From IMG/VR virus record IMGVR_UViG_3300045988_127105, positions 1 through 64,000 of that record: DNA of 64,000 nt, one strand, 5' to 3'. The position numbers were made by a program, and so were the translations under genes. Shown in pieces: positions 44,940 through 52,397 of the stretch. Source of the stretch: a virus. Numbering within the stretch: the first letter of the stretch is position 1; every line of letters begins with the position of its first letter. The notes under the pieces were generated by a model, which saw only the letters and a program-made list of their open reading frames with translations, searched no databases and had not been told where the DNA came from.

Positions 44940-45720
44940 AATCCTCCACGTTTTTCTTCAACAAGTCAAACGCCTGACCAAGGGTATTGACAAACTTCTC
45001 TGCCTTTTCCCTACGCTTGTACTGAAATTCTATCTCCTTGTTCAGTACAGCAATCACCTCGCACTTCTCTGACATGCGCTTAGCGTTCTTCTTTATCCTC
45101 TCTATCACCTTGTCCTTATACGCCAAAGCCTTCTCGTCCGACTTCAAGCAACGCTCAAATCTGTCACGCTCAGCACACACATCCTTGAAGAGAGCGTTCA
45201 AGTTCTCCAGCTCGGCCTTCAACGACTCAACCTCAGACGCAGGCTTGTTCTTCTTTGACTTTTCGACCTTCTCTTCAGTAACAGGATTGATAATATCTTT
45301 TTTAACTTTATGCCAAAACGACTCTTCATGGCTCTTTTGTGCAACGTTTGCCTTGTCAATCTTAGCGTTGATGGCATCTTCAACGGCCTGCATAGCCGTC
45401 TTTGCTGTCTCCTTGCGATACAATTCACCATATGTCATAGCACGCCCCCACGGTTCCAAAGAAAGAATAATTACTTCAGAAAATCCTCCAATGGACCGCA
45501 AAGTCTCTTCTTGCAGCTCCATAAGCTCCTTAAATTCCTTTGTCTCAGCAAGCTTCTTGCGCTCATACTCTCGGTTTGCAACCTCGTCGTCCAAAGCTCC
45601 CTTGAACTCCTTTGCCGCATTGACAAGCTCCTCAAAGCCATCCATATTGGCGTTGTTCTTCACCGTATTATTCACGTTCTTAACGTTCTTTCTGTTCTTA
45701 AATCTCTTCATATTGAGCAA
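44917..45720 (-). CDS. Hypothetical coiled-coil protein
   Basis: 267 aa, K/E-rich and heptad-like throughout. Confidence 0.55.
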   Translation of the reverse strand: MLNMKRFKNRKNVKNVNNTVKNNANMDGFEELVNAAKEFKGALDDEVANREYERKKLAETKEFKELMELQEETLRSIGGFSEVIILSLEPWGRAMTYGELYRKETAKTAMQAVEDAINAKIDKANVAQKSHEESFWHKVKKDIINPVTEEKVEKSKKNKPASEVESLKAELENLNALFKDVCAERDRFERCLKSDEKALAYKDKVIERIKKNAKRMSEKCEVIAVLNKEIEFQYKRREKAEKFVNTLGQAFDLLKKNVEDYEHSIGR

Positions 45721-45750
45721 TAATTTTAATTTGAAAAAAAATATATATGA

Positions 45751-46443
45751 TTAAACTCCCGTCACATTCTTCAACAACTTATCGCCAAAGTAGTCACTCG
45801 CTGTCTTTTCTCCAGCAACACCAGATGCACCTGTATCAGCTTTACCCGGACCATCCAACGCCGATGCTGCACTCATCATAGCATTACTCATATTCTGAGC
45901 TGCTTCAGCCGTATTCGCTGCCTGCTGATTGTAAATATTCTCTCTCTGCTTAGAAAGACTCTGCTCGTTCCTCATGTGCTGATCAGAAACACTCGCCTTT
46001 CTCGCCGTGTCATTGGCGCCAATATTCGCAATAGTATTACCCATCGTCCTATTTGCTGCCTCCTTTGCCATAGCTGTACTCGCGGCTGTTCCGCCACCAA
46101 CTGCTGCAGCTCCATCCGCCTTACGAATGTAATTGTCCTGAACCTCCTGAGCCCTACGCATCAAGTTCTGACCAGCCTTTGTATCCAAGTAGTCCGTATT
46201 ATACTCCTTGTCATACCAAGCCTTCTCCGCATTCGTGCGATATTTCTGCTCGGCCAATGCTCTCTTGGCTGCCTTACGCGACTTAAGACCTCCAAACAAC
46301 GAACTACCTACACTCAAACCTAAACTGGCTGCACCAAGCAAACCTATCATCGGATTATTCGCACCCGACAACTCACTAAAGCCTAATGGCAACCTAAAGT
46401 ATCTGCTAATGTCTGTCATATCTATATCTTTTTTAATAACCAT
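45751..46443 (-). CDS. Hypothetical protein with Gly-rich hydrophobic N-terminal segment
   Basis: ORF 45751-46491. The first 16 codons overlap the tandem-repeat array, so a start at 46443 or 46419 is more likely. Contains IGLLGAASLGLSVGSSLFGGL. Confidence 0.5.
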   Translation of the reverse strand: MVIKKDIDMTDISRYFRLPLGFSELSGANNPMIGLLGAASLGLSVGSSLFGGLKSRKAAKRALAEQKYRTNAEKAWYDKEYNTDYLDTKAGQNLMRRAQEVQDNYIRKADGAAAVGGGTAASTAMAKEAANRTMGNTIANIGANDTARKASVSDQHMRNEQSLSKQRENIYNQQAANTAEAAQNMSNAMMSAASALDGPGKADTGASGVAGEKTASDYFGDKLLKNVTGV

Positions 46444-46463
46444 AACTAACATTCTTTCTCTCC

Positions 46464-46680
46464 AGTACCTTTTTCTTGGGGAATATAACATTGACCCCCT
46501 TTCCGGTAGTACCTTTTCCAGGAAATATACTAACGACCTCCTTTCTGTGGAGTACCTTTTCTGGGGAAAATGATGATGACCTCCTTTGAGAACAGTACCT
46601 TTTTATACCTATGCTTTTATCTACTATAATTCGCAGCCAGTACCTAAGCCCCCACCCCCTTTGGGTCGTTCATCATCCAC
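46464..46680. repeat. Tandem direct repeats, 43-45 bp period, four clear copies plus a degenerate fifth
   Basis: AGTACCTTTT at 46464, 46508, 46551 and 46594, and AGTACCT at 46639. Each unit also carries GACC(T/C)CCTTT. Confidence 0.8.
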
Positions 46681-47524
46681 CTATGCCTCATCGCTTCCTT
46701 ATCCTCGCCATCATGCTCTAACCTCTCCAACACGCCAACGCTCCAATCTATCCTCCCATATCACCCACCATGCCACATACCACTCATGCCACTATCGCCA
46801 CCCCTCCACATCATCAAGAGCAATCATCTTTCCCTCGTTCTCTCTACCATGCGCCTACCAAAGCCACTTTGTAACCTCCTAACTCACTATCTATCAGCCA
46901 TTTACTCTTTTAACTTCTGACCCCGCAAGGGTCATGTGTCAAGTAACACAACATTTGGAAGTCGAAAAAGGCAAGGACAGAAAGCCAAAGAGCGCATCCA
47001 AGAACCATAAAGCCATTACAACAAGCCAAAAGCCACAAAAAGAAGCCATAAAAGGTCCTTAGTTTGCGTCAAATTTATGGAGAATAACAACATCTTTTTC
47101 CGTTTTTCGTCATGTCACAATTTTTTACTTTCCCTCACAAACCCATTTGTCGAGGCTTTTACCTAAAAATCCGACTTTTTAAACAGTACAAGCGGTCTAA
47201 CCCCCGTAATTTTTGAGACCGAGAGTTGATTTAGTTCCGAGACAGAACAATTAAAAGGCATATAAATGTACGCACGAAAAACCGCTTTTGTAACAAAAAA
47301 GTCAAAAGAAGACAAAACAAAGAGTTGCAAAGGTCAGTAAAAACGGCTTGCAAGTCGGAAAATCATGAAAAAACCACAAAACACGCCTTATACGCTCAAT
47401 AATGCGCACATAGCACCTCACCGCATAAACACAAAAAGCCACTCCTGTGAGGATAGAGTGACTTATATATATAATATAGGATAAAAGGTGTTTATCTGTA
47501 TTGGATAAAGGGAGAACAATGGGG

Positions 47525-47559
47525 AGATAAGGGGGCTGCCGCCCCCAAGGGCTTACGCC
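47525..47559 (+). repeat. Hairpin element family 1, copy 1
   Basis: AGATAAGG, then GGGGGC-TGCC-GCCCCC, then AAGGGCTTACGCC. It abuts the 3' end of the repressor gene. Confidence 0.6.
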
Positions 47560-47574
47560 CTCCCTCCGCTGAGG

Positions 47575-47895
47575 CTACCGCCTTGGATGCGTGCTTGATA
47601 ACTCGTCTACTATTGTCCAAAACTCCTCGAAGCTATCGGCAGTGTAGTGCACACCATCGCAGCGGACGAAAGCAGCGAAATCTATATCCTTATTTTGAGA
47701 TTGTACGCACACCTCCTCGGGAGAAGCAAATAGTTGCCACATCGGTACACTTAATACGCTCGCCCATTTTTCGAGGGTTGGGTATGAAGGTTTGTTAATC
47801 TGCAAATACAGCGCTGTATAGCTAATATTAAGCATCGCAGCGAACTCCTTAAGCGAAATATGTCGCTCATTAAGTATTTCTTTAATACGTGTCAT
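47575..47895 (-). CDS. XRE-family HTH repressor (CI/Cro-like)
   Basis: ISLKEFAAMLNISYTALYLQINKPSYPTLEKWASVLSVPMWQLF is a classic HTH_3 pattern. It is divergent from the early operon. Confidence 0.8.
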   Translation of the reverse strand: MTRIKEILNERHISLKEFAAMLNISYTALYLQINKPSYPTLEKWASVLSVPMWQLFASPEEVCVQSQNKDIDFAAFVRCDGVHYTADSFEEFWTIVDELSSTHPRR

Positions 47896-47904
47896 ATCTG
47901 TTAA

Positions 47905-48026
47905 TAAGTATTTACTTGTGCAAATATACTCATTTTCTTGTTAACATTAAGCATATACTTAGTTAATACGTGTTAATATTAAGTATTTTATTAACGAAAA
48001 ACTTGCACGACATTAAGTATTTACTT
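47905..48026. promoter_or_regulatory. Four operator-like repeats in the divergent switch region
   Basis: TAAGTATTTACTT at 47905-47917 and 48014-48026. Variants TAAGCATATACTT at 47948-47960 and TAAGTATTT at 47980-47988. Each is preceded by (G)TTAA(Y)AT. Confidence 0.55.
47921..47928 (-). promoter_or_regulatory. Candidate -7 box for the repressor gene
   Basis: Plus-strand CAAATATA is TATATTTG on the minus strand. Confidence 0.4.
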
Positions 48027-48033
48027 AACTTTG
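48026..48033 (+). promoter_or_regulatory. Candidate -7 box for the early operon
   Basis: TAACTTTG matches TAnnTTTG and overlaps the fourth operator copy. Confidence 0.4.
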
Positions 48034-48091
48034 CAAGCGTAATCAAGAGATTACTTCAACATTAGTATTAACAATTAAAACATACACGATT

Positions 48092-48280
48092 ATGACTACA
48101 CGAAAAAACAAGTACTGCTACGGTTGGAACATCAGAACCAATTACGGCTACGGATGGGAAGTAGAAGCAACATACGACAAGAAAGAAACATCCTATGCAC
48201 AAGTTAAGAAAGATGCACAAGAATACCGCATTGCTGGCGCACGTGTCAGAATATCTAACACAAGATGGCTCAACAACTAA
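48092..48280 (+). CDS. Small hypothetical early protein
   Basis: 62 aa, preceded by TTAAAACATACA. Confidence 0.5.
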   Translation: MTTRKNKYCYGWNIRTNYGYGWEVEATYDKKETSYAQVKKDAQEYRIAGARVRISNTRWLNN

Positions 48281-48284
48281 CAGA

Positions 48285-48320
48285 AGATAAGGAGGGGCGT
48301 TGCCCCTCCAAGGCTTCGCC
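48285..48320 (+). repeat. Hairpin element family 1, copy 2
   Basis: AGATAAGG, then GGAGGGGC-GTT-GCCCCTCC, then AAGGCTTCGCC. Confidence 0.65.
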
Positions 48321-48350
48321 AAACATTAATAACAATAAAACATACACATT

Positions 48351-48533
48351 ATGAGAAAGTATATAGTTATCGACATTTGTAAGCAGTCGGGCAAGTACAA
48401 ATTGCAAATAGTTGCACAGTATACCGACAGAGAAAAAGCACGAAACGACGCACAGCAGCGCAACGAGAGCAATACAAATAGAAATCATTATTACAAGGTT
48501 TACATAATATCACATCCTTTATTATCATGTTAG
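48351..48533 (+). CDS. Small hypothetical early protein
   Basis: 60 aa, preceded by ATAAAACATACA. Confidence 0.45.
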   Translation: MRKYIVIDICKQSGKYKLQIVAQYTDREKARNDAQQRNESNTNRNHYYKVYIISHPLLSC

Positions 48534-48757
48534 CTATGAAGAAGTATACAACAAAACAGCTCAAAGAGCTTGTCAAGACAGGTGCAGCAATAGACGTTAC
48601 GGACGCTATCAGCACAACAGCTATCCCAGAGTGGTACGAAAAAATAGGCTACTCAAAAGGCATTAACGGTCTCAATGGTCTACTAATGAAGGGCAAGAGT
48701 GGTAAGCTATACGCAATTACATCAAGGTCTACAGCAATAAGCCTCTTCACTTGTTGA
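48527..48757 (+). CDS. Small hypothetical early protein
   Basis: 76-aa ORF. An alternative start is at 48536. Confidence 0.45.
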   Translation: MLAMKKYTTKQLKELVKTGAAIDVTDAISTTAIPEWYEKIGYSKGINGLNGLLMKGKSGKLYAITSRSTAISLFTC

Positions 48758-48766
48758 AGAAATTCA

Positions 48767-48811
48767 TCCGTGAGCGATAAGGCGCACATCACGTTCGAGA
48801 CGTGACACGGA
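48767..48811 (+). repeat. Hairpin element family 2, divergent copy
   Basis: Outer stem TCCGTG / CACGGA. Inner hairpin TCACGT-TCGAG-ACGTGA. Confidence 0.5.
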
Positions 48812-48844
48812 GCTAATAATATAATAATTTAAAACTATAGAATT

Positions 48845-49168
48845 ATGGAATATTTAAAGACACAGGAGTACAACACACGTATTGACGTGTATTTCGACGG
48901 AGAGAAGTACGTTTTTGTCAACGCTTTTCACGGTCTTGTAGCTATAGCAAGACGGCAAGGGCTTGTTGATTTCACGCAAGACGGATATATGGCTCACGTC
49001 AAATTCATAGTAGAAAAGGCTTCCACAATCACGAAGAATGCAATCACCCGTCTTATTCACAAGCAGGAAAGCAAATTTGTTTCCGCAGTTGTTGATATTG
49101 AATGGATTGAGACCACACAAGAAAACCTCCCTTACTTTGTCAGCGTAAATCTTGAAAAACGAGGTTAG
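48845..49168 (+). CDS. Hypothetical early protein
   Basis: 107-aa ORF. Confidence 0.5.
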   Translation: MEYLKTQEYNTRIDVYFDGEKYVFVNAFHGLVAIARRQGLVDFTQDGYMAHVKFIVEKASTITKNAITRLIHKQESKFVSAVVDIEWIETTQENLPYFVSVNLEKRG

Positions 49169-49183
49169 CTAACTACTTGTAAA

Positions 49184-49227
49184 GCCGTGACCGATTGAAA
49201 GGCAAGCGGAGCGAGACCGCACACGGC
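49184..49227 (+). repeat. Hairpin element family 2, copy
   Basis: Outer stem GCCGTG / CACGGC. Inner GCGG-AGCGAGA-CCGC. Confidence 0.6.
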
Positions 49228-49250
49228 ACTAACTTTTAAAACATACAGAT

Positions 49251-49340
49251 ATGATAGAACTTATAATTGTAGTTATGGTTGCCTCCTATGTAGCGGGTAT
49301 ATATGTAGGTAGACATTGGAGAGAGTTTACACAGGAATAA
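49251..49340 (+). CDS. 29-aa hydrophobic micro-protein (below the ORF-track cutoff)
   Basis: MIELIIVVMVASYVAGIYVGRHWREFTQE. It is preceded by the same TTAAAACATACA leader as its neighbours. Confidence 0.35.
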   Translation: MIELIIVVMVASYVAGIYVGRHWREFTQE

Positions 49341-49346
49341 ATCGGA

Positions 49347-49380
49347 AGATAAGGGAGGCACAGCCTCCCAATGCTTCGCC
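49347..49380 (+). repeat. Hairpin element family 1, copy 3
   Basis: AGATAAGG, then GGGAGGC-ACA-GCCTCCC, then AATGCTTCGCC. Confidence 0.65.
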
Positions 49381-49393
49381 TAACTTAAATCTC

Positions 49394-49585
49394 ATGGCAC
49401 AGAAGACAAGAGTAGTTAATCTTACACCGATAGACGCTATACTTTTGCGCAATGTCTTTAATTGCTATATCGACAACAAGCGCAAGCAGCTACAGCGTAA
49501 GAACCTCGCACCGATAACACGAAGGTTTATCGATGACGATATTGAATGTATAACAGAACTCATGACAAAAATCTTTAACAAATGA
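49394..49585 (+). CDS. Small hypothetical early protein
   Basis: ORF 49316-49585. The ATG at 49394 (MAQKTRVV) lies downstream of the hairpin element. Confidence 0.45.
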   Translation: MAQKTRVVNLTPIDAILLRNVFNCYIDNKRKQLQRKNLAPITRRFIDDDIECITELMTKIFNK

Positions 49586-49806
49586 ACAAATTATTAGTAT
49601 TAGCACTGATAGCAAGCACATCGCTTGCAATCGTAACAACAAAGAAAGCGACAGATGAAGAGTACGACAAACAGCAAATAAAGGAGGACGTACGACAGCT
49701 AATGAACGACATCGACCAGTACGGAGACATCGACACGTATACAGGTTCAGACCACTTCGAACGTCTGTACGAATGGTCGCACAATCTTAAAAACAAAGAA
49801 CAATGA
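49582..49806 (+). CDS. Small secreted or membrane-anchored protein
   Basis: N-terminus MNKLLVLALIASTSLAIVTT. ATGA overlap with the previous gene. Confidence 0.5.
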   Translation: MNKLLVLALIASTSLAIVTTKKATDEEYDKQQIKEDVRQLMNDIDQYGDIDTYTGSDHFERLYEWSHNLKNKEQ

Positions 49807-50042
49807 TTGAAGAAGTAAAAATCAATGGCACACCCTTTTTTGTGGGTTTGGCAGATGTGTACGGTGGAAAGATGTGGTTCATCTGCAAATGGTATCTTGA
49901 CAACGAACCATCCACTCGTAGATTCTGGACTAAGAAGGAACTCGAAAACCACTTGCGTAAAATCGAGAATAAAATCATCAAGCGTGAGCTACTCACAATG
50001 TTACACAAGATACACGGCAGAGCAGTCTGTTACGCACGTTAG
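49803..50042 (+). CDS. Small hypothetical early protein
   Basis: 79 aa. The start overlaps the previous stop. Confidence 0.5.
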   Translation: MIEEVKINGTPFFVGLADVYGGKMWFICKWYLDNEPSTRRFWTKKELENHLRKIENKIIKRELLTMLHKIHGRAVCYAR

Positions 50043-50048
50043 CAACTA

Positions 50049-50092
50049 TCCGTTGGGGATAGAAACCATTTCGGAGCGACACCGACAACGGA
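50049..50092 (+). repeat. Hairpin element family 2, copy
   Basis: Outer stem TCCGTTG / CAACGGA. Inner TCGG-AGCGACA-CCGA. Confidence 0.6.
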
Positions 50093-50114
50093 ACGAACTT
50101 AAAACATATAAAAT

Positions 50115-50462
50115 ATGAAGACAAACATTATTCCATGTCCTATCAATGAGAAGGACTTATGTAGCGACACCCTATTTGACGGTCTATTTGATAATAGTCA
50201 GTATGTGGAGCGAGGAAACAGATATGTCGGTTTTATCTGCGACCAAGTCGCCAAGGTTGAGTATAACAACAACTTCGTTCACATGTCATTCGAAAACTCT
50301 CTACACGATAGAGAGGCAAAGCAAATCGAAGAGTGGGCACGTGAGATAGAAGACAGCTACAACGAAAATCTGATAGACGAAGATGTTCGGTTAAATGTAC
50401 GCTTTAAAGTCTTTGCGAAGTCTTGCGATACATACTTCGAATATATCATCAACGAGAAGTAA
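50115..50462 (+). CDS. Hypothetical early protein
   Basis: 115 aa, preceded by TTAAAACATATA. Confidence 0.5.
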   Translation: MKTNIIPCPINEKDLCSDTLFDGLFDNSQYVERGNRYVGFICDQVAKVEYNNNFVHMSFENSLHDREAKQIEEWAREIEDSYNENLIDEDVRLNVRFKVFAKSCDTYFEYIINEK

Positions 50463-50552
50463 CCCCACAGGCTGAATGTGGTTCAAGCCACTCCACTTCG
50501 ATGCAAGGTCGGAGCAGCCACCAATATTAATAACAATTTAAATCATACTATT

Positions 50553-50741
50553 ATGGCAAAGTACAAAGTATTGGTTATTGAAACCTTAAGCAAAGAGGTT
50601 GTTATCGAGGCTAATAGCGCAAAAGAGGCAAAGGCTATCGCTAACGATATACGCAGCAAAGGAGAGCTAATCCTTACGGCTGATGATTTTGATAACTTCT
50701 CAATCCATTGTTGGGAAACTTGTAAACTTAACGAAAAATAG
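50553..50741 (+). CDS. Small hypothetical early protein
   Basis: ORF 50478-50741; the ATG at 50553 (MAKYKVLV) is the likely start. Confidence 0.45.
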   Translation: MAKYKVLVIETLSKEVVIEANSAKEAKAIANDIRSKGELILTADDFDNFSIHCWETCKLNEK

Positions 50742-50748
50742 AAGCACT

Positions 50749-51120
50749 ATGACATTACAGGAATATCTTGAAACCAAGTTGGGTGAAATGGCAAGCCAAG
50801 ACCCAAACTTCCGTGAGCGTTACGAGGATAAGAAGAAGTCTATGAAAGATTGCCTCCTTTATGTCACACAACAGGCACGCAAACAAGCAATACGTGGTTG
50901 TGCAGCCATATCCGACGAAGACGTGCTACAGATGGCAGTCCACTATTATCAGGAGAAGGACGTAGAGCCAACCAAAGAAACGGCACAGGCTAAGGTTGTG
51001 GCAGCAGCACCCAAGGACAACAAGCCCAAAACAGCTGTTCTCATACCGAAGCCACAGCCAAAGAAAAAGGCTAAGAAAGTAGACAACTCATTACAACTTG
51101 ATTTATTTGGAGAATTTTAA
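50749..51120 (+). CDS. PcfK-like protein (family of anti-CRISPR AcrIIA9, as I recall)
   Basis: ATG at 50749 (MTLQEYLETK). KDCLLYVTQQARKQA ... ISDEDVLQMAVHYYQEKD, then a basic K/P-rich tail. It is followed by a PcfJ-like gene, the usual pairing. Confidence 0.5.
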   Translation: MTLQEYLETKLGEMASQDPNFRERYEDKKKSMKDCLLYVTQQARKQAIRGCAAISDEDVLQMAVHYYQEKDVEPTKETAQAKVVAAAPKDNKPKTAVLIPKPQPKKKAKKVDNSLQLDLFGEF

Positions 51121-51121
51121 T

Positions 51122-52318
51122 ATGAAACCACGCAACAAGATAGAACAAGAGGTCGTTAACCTCTCACACAAGTTAGGCGAGATAGGCAAACGTGACAACG
51201 CTCGCCTAATCCGCAACACATACGGCTCTTGCAAGTACGAGGATATGTACAACCGATGCTATGCCGTTATCAACCAGTCTTACAAAGGTTGGCAAGTGCT
51301 CAGATATTTCCGTATCGACCGTCACGGCAAGCGTGATATTTCTTATAGCACATGGGAGGTGTTCCAACTTTGGAACAAGGTAGGCGAAAAGCAGATACTT
51401 ATAGCACGTCAGAGAGCGTTCCATTATTACGTAGACGCTTTCCTCCTTTCCTCCCCAATGGAGATACGTCAGAACCCCAAATACTGCGCATCGTGGCTGC
51501 ACTTCACCGACGTAGGCTTTTCTTACATGTACGACAAGTCCGTTGATAGCACATACAAGTATTGCGACAACCTTATACCTACCAATGAGCGCAAGCAATG
51601 GTATCGTTTCCTGTCCGTAGACAAGTTTGCCGAGACAATCCTTAAGCAGCGTCACGAACTCGCCGAGTACATGCTTACTAACAACATACTTGACAAGGAA
51701 TACATGAAAGCCATACGCATTATGTTCCGCCACAACTATGTGCCAATGAACGAAGGGCACACGGCATACAATCTCTACTTCGACATGCTACAAAACATGA
51801 AGTATATAGGTTGCGACCTCTCCAACCCTCATTTCGTGTGTCCCGACAATCTCATGCACACGCACGACTGGGCATTGCACGCTCGTCAGGCTCTTGAAGC
51901 CAAGCGCAAGACCAAAGCCGAGCACGAAGAGGAGATACAGCGCATCAAGCGTGCTATGGATAAGAACGAGAAGTACATCAAGGCTCGTAGCTGCTTCTTC
52001 GACATGACCATCAGCGACAGCCTAATCTCGTGTCATGTCCTACAGTCGGTAGACGAGTTCTACGAGGAAGGCACAGCGATGCACCATTGTGTATACGCAA
52101 ACAAGTATTACGAAAAGCAGAACTCGCTTATTCTTTCCGCTCGCATCGACAACAAGCGTATCGAGACCGTCGAGGTAGACTTGCAGCAGATGAAGGTAGT
52201 TCAGTGCTACGGTGCTTGCGACAAGTTCACGCTCTATCACGACCGCATTGTCAATCTCGTCAACAACAACATGGCTACAATAAAACAATGTATGACATCT
52301 AAACAAATAGCGATATGA
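51122..52318 (+). CDS. PcfJ-like protein
   Basis: 398 aa. C-terminal EFYEEGTAMHHCVYANKYYEK resembles the PcfJ signature (EG..M.HCV), from memory. Confidence 0.5.
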   Translation: MKPRNKIEQEVVNLSHKLGEIGKRDNARLIRNTYGSCKYEDMYNRCYAVINQSYKGWQVLRYFRIDRHGKRDISYSTWEVFQLWNKVGEKQILIARQRAFHYYVDAFLLSSPMEIRQNPKYCASWLHFTDVGFSYMYDKSVDSTYKYCDNLIPTNERKQWYRFLSVDKFAETILKQRHELAEYMLTNNILDKEYMKAIRIMFRHNYVPMNEGHTAYNLYFDMLQNMKYIGCDLSNPHFVCPDNLMHTHDWALHARQALEAKRKTKAEHEEEIQRIKRAMDKNEKYIKARSCFFDMTISDSLISCHVLQSVDEFYEEGTAMHHCVYANKYYEKQNSLILSARIDNKRIETVEVDLQQMKVVQCYGACDKFTLYHDRIVNLVNNNMATIKQCMTSKQIAI

Positions 52319-52345
52319 CATGAAACAAGATTAGATAATTTTTAT

Positions 52346-52353
52346 TAACTTTG
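52346..52353 (+). promoter_or_regulatory. Candidate -7 promoter box
   Basis: TAACTTTG, identical to the early-promoter box at 48026. Confidence 0.35.
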
Positions 52354-52397
52354 CAGAAACCTAATCAGCCCTCGACATCACGGCTAAGTCAGTATTT

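Noticed and set aside
46464-46680. The tandem repeats as a CRISPR array.
   Set aside because: The units are contiguous ~43-bp degenerate repeats without repeat-spacer alternation, and no cas genes are present.
46586-46882. A 98-aa plus-strand ORF in the ORF-poor region.
   Set aside because: Its Pro/Ser/His/Thr/Tyr-rich translation reflects the C-rich strand bias. It overlaps the tandem repeats, lacks a plausible start context, and runs opposite to the adjacent operon.
46900-47575. tRNA or other small RNA genes in the ORF-free region.
   Set aside because: No cloverleaf-compatible sequence or T-loop consensus (GGTTCGAAT-like) was seen by eye. Only short isolated hairpins are present. A tRNA or ncRNA scanner would be needed to be sure.
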